DNA from: an uncultured Gemmatimonadales bacterium
GTDB lineage: Bacteria; Gemmatimonadota; Gemmatimonadetes; Gemmatimonadales; Gemmatimonadaceae
Assembly: GCA_963707505.1 (NCBI GenBank)
Contig: CAVPQB010000006.1
Span: 1-64,000, forward strand
Length of the DNA stretch: 64,000 nt
Direction of reading: 5' to 3'
The position numbers and the translations under genes are program-made. The notes under the pieces are model-generated. The model was not told where the DNA came from. It made no database searches and was given only the letters and a program-made list of their open reading frames with translations. Positions 45,591 to 54,075 of the stretch are shown here, in pieces (the stretch's first letter is position 1; each line of letters begins with the position of its first letter).

Positions 45591-45627
45591 GCCCTGGGGA
45601 TTCAATCCTCAGGGCTTTTTTGTTTTT
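45591..45627 (+). terminator. Attenuator terminator of the aro operon
   Basis: GCCCTGGGGA-ttcaa-TCCTCAGGGC followed by TTTTTTGTTTTT; antiterminator 45505-45515 pairs with 45589-45599. Confidence 0.9.
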
Positions 45628-45652
45628 CCGACCGATCCACCGAGGCTCCAAA

Positions 45653-46642
45653 ATGTCCCAGTCAGCTCCTGAGTACGCGTTAGCCGCGCACCCAACCACC
45701 GTTGGCGACGCCAGATCGTCGACGAAACCCGTTCGCGTGACTCCCACGCTTGTCATTGGCGGTCACGACGTAGTCGTCGCGGCCGGCCCGTGCTCCGTCG
45801 AGGGATACGACATGCTCCTCGCCAGCGCGCGCCACGTGCAGTCGGTCGGTGGCACACTGCTGCGCGGCGGCGCTTTCAAGCCGCGTACATCTCCCTATGC
45901 ATTTCAGGGACTCGGCGAGGAAGGGCTTCTGCTGCTCGCATCGGTCCGCGAGCAGACTGGGATGCCGATCGTTACCGAAGTGATGGATACCCGCCAGGTC
46001 GCGCGCGTCGCACAGATCGCAGATGTCATTCAGGTCGGCGCGCGCAACATGCAGAACTTCCCGCTGCTGGCCGAGTTGGGACGCGCAGGAAAACCGGTAC
46101 TCCTCAAACGCGGCGCATCGGCGCGAATTTCGGAGCTTCTGCTTGCTGCCGAGTATGTGATGGCGAACGGGAACGAGCGCGTGATACTGTGCGAGCGCGG
46201 TATTCGAACGTTCGAGACGATCACCCGCAACACACTCGATATCTCAGCGATCCCCGTGCTGAAAGCCGAGACGCATCTTCCCGTGATCGTCGACCCGAGT
46301 CATGCAGGTGGTCGTGCGGATCTCGTGCTGCCGCTCGCCCTCGCCGCGATCGCCGCTGGCGCTGATGGATTGATCGTCGAGGTCCACCCCGATCCATCAG
46401 TAGCGCGCTCAGACGCAGATCAGCAGCTGACGTTCGCCCAGTTCACCGATCTCATGCACGGCATCTCACTGATCGCCGCCGCGAGCAACCGCACGGTCCG
46501 TACGTCGATTCCCTCTCCGGTCGTGCCGAACATCGCGGCGACCGATGTCACCGACAGGCCGCACGCCCCACGGCGGCGTGGAGAGGAGACGCCTGCGGAG
46601 GAGACTCTTGCCGAGGAGACTCTTGCAGTGGTGGCCGCATGA
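45653..46642 (+). CDS. aroF: DAHP synthase, type I-beta, no N-terminal regulatory domain
   Basis: [30 protein letters not shown]. Confidence 0.93.
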   Translation: MSQSAPEYALAAHPTTVGDARSSTKPVRVTPTLVIGGHDVVVAAGPCSVEGYDMLLASARHVQSVGGTLLRGGAFKPRTSPYAFQGLGEEGLLLLASVREQTGMPIVTEVMDTRQVARVAQIADVIQVGARNMQNFPLLAELGRAGKPVLLKRGASARISELLLAAEYVMANGNERVILCERGIRTFETITRNTLDISAIPVLKAETHLPVIVDPSHAGGRADLVLPLALAAIAAGADGLIVEVHPDPSVARSDADQQLTFAQFTDLMHGISLIAAASNRTVRTSIPSPVVPNIAATDVTDRPHAPRRRGEETPAEETLAEETLAVVAA

Positions 46643-47313
46643 TCGCGACACACAGCTCGACCGCGCGACTCTCTTCCACGCGTGAACACTCCGACGACGG
46701 TATCCACGTTGCATTTCAGGGCGAGCTCGGCGCATACGGAGATCAGGCCATCGCGCAACGCTGGCACGGCGATGCGGTGCCAGCGCCATCGGCATCCTTC
46801 GAGCACGTAGTGGCCGATGTCGCGTGGGAGATAGCCGATTTCGGGATACTCCCCGTGTGGAACTCGGTGGTGGGCGACATCGCGGCCGGATGTGCAGCCG
46901 TCAAGCTTGCCAGGAGCTCACCATATGGGCTCGTCGTGATCGGCGACACCCACGTCGTCGTGCGACATCATCTGCTCGCCCTTCCAGGCAGCCGAGTCGA
47001 TTACATCGAATCCGTGACCAGTCATCCCGTCGCGCTCGCGCAGTGCGGCAAGTTCCTCGCGGCGCATCCGAAGATCAAGCCGATATCGGGATATGACACC
47101 GCCGGTGCTGCTCGTGACCTGGTGATGCATGGGACACGTAATGCGGCCGCGATCGCAGGCCGCGTCGCTGCCGAACGCTACGGTCTCATCATACTCGAAG
47201 CGGACATCCAGGATGTCCCCGACAACGTGACACACTTTCTCATACTGGCGCGTCCGGTACGTAAAAGCGGCGAATCGCGCATGCCGCGCGTGAGCGAGAT
47301 CGTTCGATGGTGA
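46639..47313 (+). CDS. pheA: Prephenate dehydratase domain protein without ACT domain
   Basis: [26 protein letters not shown]; ends about 20 aa later. Confidence 0.85.
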   Translation: MIATHSSTARLSSTREHSDDGIHVAFQGELGAYGDQAIAQRWHGDAVPAPSASFEHVVADVAWEIADFGILPVWNSVVGDIAAGCAAVKLARSSPYGLVVIGDTHVVVRHHLLALPGSRVDYIESVTSHPVALAQCGKFLAAHPKIKPISGYDTAGAARDLVMHGTRNAAAIAGRVAAERYGLIILEADIQDVPDNVTHFLILARPVRKSGESRMPRVSEIVRW

Positions 47314-47738
47314 CCACACCCGACCTGGACGCGTGGCGAGTGCGAGCAGTCCGCGGCGCAACAACGGTCGCTGGAGACAATCAGCTGCTCGTCCATGACG
47401 CCATACGCGAGCTCCTGACCACTCTGATGGCGCACAACGACATCAGGAAAAACGACATCGTCAGCGCAGTGTTCACCGCCACGACCGACCTGCGTTCCGC
47501 CTTCCCCGCTACCGCCGCGCGCGACCTCGGCTGGAACGACGTGCCGATGCTGTGCGCGTCGGAGATCGATGTTCCGGATGCCCAGCCACGCTGTCTTCGC
47601 GTGCTCCTGCACGTCGAGCGTCGCGTCTCCCAACCGCCGCTCGTTCCGATTTACCTCCGCGACGCCGCATCGCTCAGACCGGATCTGTCGGCCGCATCTC
47701 AGCGCGAGCCGGAGCTGGCGGGAATGGCGCAGAGTTGA
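47307..47738 (+). CDS. aroH: Chorismate mutase, AroH class
   Basis: RAVRGATT, FPATAAR, RCLRVLLH, YLRDAASLRPDL. Confidence 0.93.
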   Translation: MVTTPDLDAWRVRAVRGATTVAGDNQLLVHDAIRELLTTLMAHNDIRKNDIVSAVFTATTDLRSAFPATAARDLGWNDVPMLCASEIDVPDAQPRCLRVLLHVERRVSQPPLVPIYLRDAASLRPDLSAASQREPELAGMAQS

Positions 47739-47752
47739 TATATCCACTTGTA

Positions 47753-48862
47753 ATGCCATCAGGGAAATCCGAACTCACGCATGTCGGTGCCAGGCCTCGC
47801 ACAGCGCGCGGCGTTCTGGCTCGCTACGCAGAATTTCTTCCGCTGACTGCAGCGACCCCCGCCCTGTCTCTCGCAGAGGGCGACACCCCCTTGCTCGCAG
47901 CTCCGCGCCTTGCAAAGTGGGTTGGCGTGGATGACCTGCACCTCAAGTACGAAGGTGCCAATCCGAGCGGATCGTTCAAGGATCGCGGAATGGTCGTCGC
48001 CGTCGCCAAGGCGATCGAGGCCGGCTCGACGACGATAATCTGTGCATCCACGGGCAACACCTCGGCAAGTGCCGCTGCTTACGCGGCGCACGCAGGCATC
48101 AAGGCTGTAGTTTTGCTGCCCGCCGGAAAGGTTGCGCGAGGCAAGCTTGCGCAAGCTATCATGGCTGGTGCGACGGTGATCACGCTCGAGGGAAACTTCG
48201 ACCAGGCACTCACGGTCGCGCGCGATCTCGCACGTGATTACCGCGTCGCGCTCGTGAACTCGGTCAATCCACATCGCATAGCTGGCCAGACGACGGCGGC
48301 GTTCGAAGTGTGCGACGTGCTCGGCGATGCACCGGAAGTTGTCGCGTTACCCGTCGGTAATGGCGGTAACGTCACCGCGTATTCGGAAGGCTTCCGCATA
48401 TACCGGGACGCGAACCGGAGCACACGCATGCCCGTGTTCATCGGCGCACAGGCCGCCGGCGCCGCTCCGCTTGTTCACGGCGCACCGGTCGCGAACCCCG
48501 AAACTGTTGCGACCGCGATACGAATCGGCAATCCGGCCAGCTGGACGTCGGCGGTGAATGCGGTAACGTCATCGGGTGGCGAATTCAGCGCCGTCACCGA
48601 CGATGAAATTCTCGAATCGTATCACAGGGTCGCTGAGCTCGAAGGCGTATTCTGCGAGCCCGCCTCCGCCGCAGGGATCGCTGCACTCAGAATCGCTGTT
48701 CGCAACGGACGTGTTGCGCCAGGAATGCGCGCTGTCTGCGTGCTTACCGGCAACGGACTGAAAGATCCCGATCGTGCGGTGCCGGAATCGTTTACTCCTG
48801 CGATTCTTCCAGCTGACGCGACAGCGCTCGCCAGACAGCTGCATCTGACACGACTGTCGTGA
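47753..48862 (+). CDS. thrC: Threonine synthase
   Basis: NPSGSFKDRG, CASTGNTSAS, PVGNGGN, LTGNGLKDP. Confidence 0.93.
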   Translation: MPSGKSELTHVGARPRTARGVLARYAEFLPLTAATPALSLAEGDTPLLAAPRLAKWVGVDDLHLKYEGANPSGSFKDRGMVVAVAKAIEAGSTTIICASTGNTSASAAAYAAHAGIKAVVLLPAGKVARGKLAQAIMAGATVITLEGNFDQALTVARDLARDYRVALVNSVNPHRIAGQTTAAFEVCDVLGDAPEVVALPVGNGGNVTAYSEGFRIYRDANRSTRMPVFIGAQAAGAAPLVHGAPVANPETVATAIRIGNPASWTSAVNAVTSSGGEFSAVTDDEILESYHRVAELEGVFCEPASAAGIAALRIAVRNGRVAPGMRAVCVLTGNGLKDPDRAVPESFTPAILPADATALARQLHLTRLS

Positions 48863-48900
48863 ATCACAGCGCCACGACATATCCACGTGCAAACTCCTCC

Positions 48901-48929
48901 TTGCGGGCGCGAGTACGGAGCTGTATCGT
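48901..48929 (+). promoter_or_regulatory. Putative sigma70 promoter giving a leaderless leader transcript
   Basis: TTGCGG-17 bp-TATCGT with extended TG; the leader ATG starts 7 nt after the -10 box. Confidence 0.6.
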
Positions 48930-48935
48930 AGTTCA

Positions 48936-49022
48936 ATGCAGTCATTCAATCGCGCAAACAATGTGCTCCCATCCAATCCCAATCGAAACTGCTTGGGGCG
49001 GGTGATCGTGTTGCGCGGATGA
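48936..49022 (+). CDS. Asn-rich attenuator leader peptide (28 aa, MQSFNRANNVLPSNPNRNCLGRVIVLRG)
   Basis: Translated by hand; 6 Asn codons within codons 5-18; followed by a terminator and a tRNA-Asn gene. Confidence 0.8.
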   Translation: MQSFNRANNVLPSNPNRNCLGRVIVLRG

Positions 49023-49055
49023 TCTGACAGCACCAGACATTACCGTTACACATTC

Positions 49056-49092
49056 GCCCTTCCGAGCGGTCGCTCAGAAGGGCTTTTCGTTT
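49056..49092 (+). terminator. Attenuator terminator upstream of tRNA-Asn
   Basis: GCCCTTC-c-GAGC-ggtc-GCTC-a-GAAGGGC followed by TTTTCGTTT. Confidence 0.88.
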
Positions 49093-49132
49093 AGAACTCG
49101 TCGCTGATTGCCGAAACTCAGGGCAATCCCGA

Positions 49133-49205
49133 TGGGGTGTAGGTCAATTGGCAGACCGCCCGACTGTTACTCGGGAAGTTGCAGGTTCGAATCCCGCCGC
49201 CCCAG
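49133..49205 (+). tRNA. tRNA-Asn (GTT), CCA not encoded
   Basis: Acceptor TGGGGTG/CGCCCCA, D arm GGTC/GACC, anticodon arm CCCGA-CTGTTAC-TCGGG, T loop TTCGAAT, discriminator G. Confidence 0.92.
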
Positions 49206-49395
49206 CTTGAAATACACGGTTACGATATCAACGCCCGAGTCGTATTGATGAATTCGGAGCCATTCCACACAGCCCTGGCGACGACTGGCGGCATGCCAGC
49301 CGGCGCAAACTGCTAATGAAGTCAGCCCCACTTCAGCGCCTTGATATCCACCCTGCCACTCGGCAGGGACTGCGTAGCAGCGTCACCGCGACTCT

Positions 49396-51474
49396 GTGAC
49401 CCCAATGCGCACGTCTCGGGCGCACGTGAGCCCGTCAACCCCGACGCAAGTCGCCCGCGAGACAACCTCTGTCTGGGAGATCGGGCTCTTCCTGCTGGCG
49501 ACCGCGTGCTTCGCGGGATATCTCGTCTGGGTCGGCTTCGACAGTATGGGAGGCGGCAGCACCGCGTCCCGCGTTCCGATCGTTACCCAGTCGCTGCTGT
49601 TCGTCCTCTCGATGCTGACCGCTGTCCTCTGCGCTATCGTGTCTGGACACGGCCTCGATCGAGCCACGCGGCGGGCATGGCTCTTCTTCGCCATCGCGCA
49701 GATTGCGACCGGAATCGTCAGCCTGTCATGGGTTTACCGCCTCGCATCCGGCAGTGGCGTCGCTGGACCACTGGCGCTCCAACTGATCGCCGCGACGTAC
49801 GACGTTTTCCTGCTGGCGGCCCTCGTCACGTTCCCTGTCCGGCGCATGGCCAGTGGCGACCGGTCGACGTTCTGGTTCGATGGTGCAATCGTCGCCGGCG
49901 TCGCGGCGCTGCTGACGTGGCATTTACTACTACGCGCTGCCCTCGTCGCGGCCGGATCGGACTGGCGCACCGCCATGTATGCGTTGGCCTACCCGGTAGC
50001 GGATGTGGTGCTTCTGTTCGCAGCAGTGGTGCTGTTGCTCCGGCGCCCGTTACCGGGAAGTCTGCGGTCCATTCGCATCATTGGCGTCAGCATTCTTCTT
50101 AACACAGCCGCCGATCTGCTCTACATGTGGGCATACATCGCACATGAATCCCAGGCCGGTCGGTTCTTCTATGTGGTGTGGGCGGTCGTTGCGTGGATGG
50201 CCACGGCCGCGGTGTTCGCCCAGTGCCAGAATCTGCAGCAGGATTTCGGGTCGGTACATCTCACGTCGCATGAGCGGCGCAATCATCCGCAAAGCCTCAT
50301 TCCGTATCTGGCGATAGCAGCCATTTACGCAACGCTGATAGTCGAGGCATTTCGAACCGAGGCTCACGCTGCAGTCGTTTCGCCAGTTGCTCACCGGCTG
50401 TCCATCGCCGCGGACTTCCCCGTCACCACGATTGTCGTCGGAGCGATGGTGGTGACAGCGATCGTGATTGCGCGTCAGGTTGCGGCGCAGCGAAGAAACG
50501 CCGAGCTCGTGCGCGAGCGACTCGCACGTGAGGCGCACTTCCGTGCGCTCGTCCAGCATTCGTCCGACATGGTGCTGGTGCTCGAAGCAGATGGAACGGT
50601 ACGCGAGGCCAGCCCCGCGGTCGCGCGCGTTCTCGGTCACGCGCCCCAAAAAGTCGTGGGACGCACATTCTGGGAGTTCTTCGTCTCCGACGACATGGCG
50701 GTCGTTCAGGCCGATATCGCGCAAGCCATCGCCGCTGGCGACGGAGAGGTCACCGCGAGCGGCCCGTGCGAGTGGCGCATCCGCGCGGCCAACGGCAGTG
50801 AGCGATGGGTCGAAGCCATCTGCACGAACCTGCTCGACGATCCCGTCGTGATGGGGCTCGTCATCAACGGGCGTGACGTCAGCGAGCGCAAGCAGCTGGA
50901 AGTCGAGCTCACGCATCGCGCATATCACGATACTCTCACCGGGTTGGTGAATCGCACACGCTTCCGCGCAAAGGTCGTCGACGCCATCGCTCGCACCAAA
51001 TCCGGCAAAAGACCCGATGACGGACGGAGCGGGCTCGCAATTCTCTACATCGATCTCGATGGCTTCAAGGCTGTCAACGACATCTTCGGACATGACGCCG
51101 GCGATCTGGTCCTTGCAACGATCGCCGATCGCCTGCGCGACGCTACCCGCGGCTCCGATACCGCTGCACGGCTTGGGGGCGATGAATTCGCGATTCTGCT
51201 GGAGCGCCTGCGAGACGCGGATGAAGTTCGCATGGTTGCGAAACGCGTATTACACCTCGTGCGCGGTCCGATCAGAATCGATCACCGGGACGTTGTGGTC
51301 GGCGCCAGCATCGGAATCGTGTGCACCTCACTCGGCGACACAACCAGGGAACGCGAACGCGCGATAGATCCCGACGTCCTGCTGCGCAACGCAGACTCTG
51401 CGATGTACGCCGCGAAGGCCCGGGGACGCGGGAATTACGAGTTTTTCGTTCCCGTCGCGGGCGAGATTGTGTGA
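49396..51474 (+). CDS. Membrane sensor-PAS-GGDEF diguanylate cyclase
   Basis: Multi-TM N-terminus, PAS (FRALVQHSSD), intact GGDEF, no EAL domain. Confidence 0.9.
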   Translation: MTPMRTSRAHVSPSTPTQVARETTSVWEIGLFLLATACFAGYLVWVGFDSMGGGSTASRVPIVTQSLLFVLSMLTAVLCAIVSGHGLDRATRRAWLFFAIAQIATGIVSLSWVYRLASGSGVAGPLALQLIAATYDVFLLAALVTFPVRRMASGDRSTFWFDGAIVAGVAALLTWHLLLRAALVAAGSDWRTAMYALAYPVADVVLLFAAVVLLLRRPLPGSLRSIRIIGVSILLNTAADLLYMWAYIAHESQAGRFFYVVWAVVAWMATAAVFAQCQNLQQDFGSVHLTSHERRNHPQSLIPYLAIAAIYATLIVEAFRTEAHAAVVSPVAHRLSIAADFPVTTIVVGAMVVTAIVIARQVAAQRRNAELVRERLAREAHFRALVQHSSDMVLVLEADGTVREASPAVARVLGHAPQKVVGRTFWEFFVSDDMAVVQADIAQAIAAGDGEVTASGPCEWRIRAANGSERWVEAICTNLLDDPVVMGLVINGRDVSERKQLEVELTHRAYHDTLTGLVNRTRFRAKVVDAIARTKSGKRPDDGRSGLAILYIDLDGFKAVNDIFGHDAGDLVLATIADRLRDATRGSDTAARLGGDEFAILLERLRDADEVRMVAKRVLHLVRGPIRIDHRDVVVGASIGIVCTSLGDTTRERERAIDPDVLLRNADSAMYAAKARGRGNYEFFVPVAGEIV

Positions 51475-51854
51475 GTCGGACAATGGTCACCGCAGCCAAG
51501 CTCGCCGCGGTGATCAGCGAACCATCGGTATCCGCGCTCCGCAACTTGCCGCGCGAACGGTAGCCGAAACAACCACGATACAACCCATCCGGCGCGCAAC
51601 GCTTTTATGATCTCCTCGACCGCCGCCGCCCCCTCCCACGTCCGGCTATCGGAAGCTCGCACTACCTGAAGCGATTCGTCGTACGCGTTTGCGGGAATCC
51701 ATGGAAACCGGTCCCGAACTCCCACTGACTGCGACGGTACGATCTCCAGAGCACTGTGCGTATCAAGTTTGGCGAGCCGCCGTACGAGCCGCGTGCAGAC
51801 TCCGCAATGGCCATCGTAGATAACGGTGAGCTGCGTTCCCGTCGCTTCGCTCAT
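51435..51854 (-). CDS. DCC family thiol-disulfide oxidoreductase (DUF393)
   Basis: YDGHCGVC motif; YRWFADHR. Confidence 0.85.
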   Translation of the reverse strand: MSEATGTQLTVIYDGHCGVCTRLVRRLAKLDTHSALEIVPSQSVGVRDRFPWIPANAYDESLQVVRASDSRTWEGAAAVEEIIKALRAGWVVSWLFRLPFARQVAERGYRWFADHRGELGCGDHCPTHTISPATGTKNS

Positions 51855-51876
51855 GCGCCGCCATTCCCTGTCGCGG

Positions 51877-52938
51877 TTACGCGCCGTGATAATCGATCGC
51901 CATCGCCGGCTGCTGCTGCGTGAGGCAGTGCAGCGTTCCCATTCCCCACACGAGATCCACGGCATGTATTCCGATCACCCTGCGATCCGGAAATAGCGTG
52001 GCAATGATGTCGAGCGCAACGCGGTCGTTCGCATCGTTGAACGTGGGTACGAGGACGACTTCGTTCGCGATGTAGAAATTTGCGTAACTCGCCGGAAGCC
52101 GCTGTCCATCCATGATGACCGGACGTGGATACGGCAGCAGCACGACGTTCAACGGCTGCCGCTCCGAAGCGAGACGCAACCGTTCCAGATTGTCCGCAGA
52201 CGACACGTGATTCGCATCCGACGGATCGGCTTCATACGCCAGCGCGACTGTATCGAAGTTGACGAAGCGCGCTACATCGTCGATGTGTCCGTGCGTATCG
52301 TCACCGGCGCATCCATTGCCGAGCCAGATCGTGTCATGACAGCCGAGATAGGTAGCGAATGCATGTTCGTATCCGGCGCGCGTGACACCTGGATTGCGGA
52401 CCTGCACATCACTCAGCAACCACTCTTCGGTGACGAGGATCCTCCCCTGTCCATTCACCTCGATCCCACCACCTTCGAGCACCAGTCTCCGATTCGCGTC
52501 ATCCGGACGCATCGCCGATGTCATGGGTAGCCCAGTCGCATCCTGGATCGCGTCCGGAACGCGGCGGTCACGCGTGAAGTTGGCGTACTTGGCCCAGGCG
52601 TTGAAATCCCACGCGATCATCTCAACTTCGCCGTTCTCGTTCCACACGAACGACGGCCCCGAATCGCGCAGCCACACACGATCCGTCGGAACGAGCATCA
52701 GATTGACACGCTGCATCGCAACGTCGTGTGAGCGCAGCATCGCCACGGCAGAATCGCGAACGGCCTCGTCGTGACACAGAATCTCGACGCGTTCGTGCAT
52801 GGCGAGCACCCGGGCTATTTCCGCATATGCCCAGCGTACAGCCTCGAGTTTTCCAGGCCAGTCAGGCTCGTGGTGTGGCCATGCGATCCAGGTTGCGTCG
52901 TGCCGCTCCCATTCGGCCGGCATGCGCCAGCGCGTCAC
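51877..52938 (-). CDS. aguA: Agmatine deiminase family protein
   Basis: MPAEWE, WLRDSGP, LEGGG, DTHGHID, GTLHCLTQQ. Confidence 0.92.
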   Translation of the reverse strand: MTRWRMPAEWERHDATWIAWPHHEPDWPGKLEAVRWAYAEIARVLAMHERVEILCHDEAVRDSAVAMLRSHDVAMQRVNLMLVPTDRVWLRDSGPSFVWNENGEVEMIAWDFNAWAKYANFTRDRRVPDAIQDATGLPMTSAMRPDDANRRLVLEGGGIEVNGQGRILVTEEWLLSDVQVRNPGVTRAGYEHAFATYLGCHDTIWLGNGCAGDDTHGHIDDVARFVNFDTVALAYEADPSDANHVSSADNLERLRLASERQPLNVVLLPYPRPVIMDGQRLPASYANFYIANEVVLVPTFNDANDRVALDIIATLFPDRRVIGIHAVDLVWGMGTLHCLTQQQPAMAIDYHGA

Positions 52939-53855
52939 CCCAGGTACCGATTCAGAATGGGTGAGTATGCGTCGATACGCCTGTCACGCAGGAATGGCCA
53001 GTTGCGGCGCGTGTATTCGATCAGTGCAGGATCGCATTTCGCGACAAGCACGGTCGGCTCGACACCGGCCTCGGCGATTACTCTGCCAAACGGATCCGAG
53101 ACGAAAGAGTGGCCGAAGAATTCGATTCCGTCGGTACCCGGCTCTTCCTCGAATCCAACGCGATTGGGTGATGCGACATACACGCCATTCGCAATTGCGT
53201 GCGCGCGCTGCGCCGTACGCCATGCATCCAGCTGCGCCGGACCGAACTCCGCCTTCTCGGCGGGATGCCAGCCAATCGCCGTGGGATAGAAGATGATGTC
53301 GGCACCGAGTAGTGCGGTGATACGTGCGGCCTCCGGATACCACTGATCCCAACAGATCAGGACACCGACATCGGCATAGCGCGTCTTCCAGACTCGAAAG
53401 CCGCTCGCGCCCGGGTGGTCCTCCTTCTCGTATGTGCGGTTCGCGTCGCCAGGCGTGAAGTAGTACTTCTCGTAGTAGAGCGGGTCGTCAGGAATGTGCA
53501 TCTTGTGATACACACCCAGCAGCGAGCCGTCGGCGTCGATCACCGCTGCCGAGTTGCGGTAGAGCCCTGCGGCCTGACGCTCGAAGATCGGTACGATTAT
53601 CACGACCTCGAGCTCTCGGGCCAGCTCCTGCATCCGATCAGTTACGGGTCCGGGAATGGGCTCCGCGATGTCGAACCGCTCGCAGCTCTGGCTGGTGCAG
53701 AAGTAGTGCGAGTTGAACATCTCCTGCAGGCAGATGACCTGGGCCCCGCGGCCCGCCGCCTCCCGGATCCGGGCCACCGCCCTGTCCAGTGTCTCGGCGG
53801 GCGTTGCGGCGACCGCTTCCTGGATGATTCCGACCGTGAAGGGCTCTCTGCGCAT
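52935..53855 (-). CDS. aguB: N-carbamoylputrescine amidase-like carbon-nitrogen hydrolase
   Basis: CLQE, KMHIPDDP, ICWDQWYPE; coupled to aguA. Confidence 0.88.
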   Translation of the reverse strand: MRREPFTVGIIQEAVAATPAETLDRAVARIREAAGRGAQVICLQEMFNSHYFCTSQSCERFDIAEPIPGPVTDRMQELARELEVVIIVPIFERQAAGLYRNSAAVIDADGSLLGVYHKMHIPDDPLYYEKYYFTPGDANRTYEKEDHPGASGFRVWKTRYADVGVLICWDQWYPEAARITALLGADIIFYPTAIGWHPAEKAEFGPAQLDAWRTAQRAHAIANGVYVASPNRVGFEEEPGTDGIEFFGHSFVSDPFGRVIAEAGVEPTVLVAKCDPALIEYTRRNWPFLRDRRIDAYSPILNRYLG

Positions 53856-54075
53856 AGGCGAAAATTAACCGAATCCCGCTCGATACAGGACCTGCGGCGG
53901 AGCCCGCCGGCTTCAATCGACACCGTCGCCTGCCGAAACTCTCTCTAGAGTTGTGTCCCCGTCGGGTGAGATGGTGACACAGTGCTCGTCCATGTCGTCC
54001 TTGTAGAGCGGCATCGGTTAGAACGGCGTCGAGCCGATGGCATGCCTGGCTATCGCGGTGGCATTGGAGGTTTTG

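Noticed and set aside
48863..49092. T-box riboswitch explaining the tRNA leader
   Set aside because: No T-box consensus (AGGGTGGNACCGCG) or stem I motifs; the uORF model fits better.
49133..49205. tRNA as integration site of a genomic island
   Set aside because: No integrase and no duplicated tRNA 3' end seen in the window.
49206..49395. c-di-GMP riboswitch or second tRNA before the GGDEF gene
   Set aside because: Only a GCAAA fragment is present; no GEMM two-hairpin consensus or cloverleaf found.
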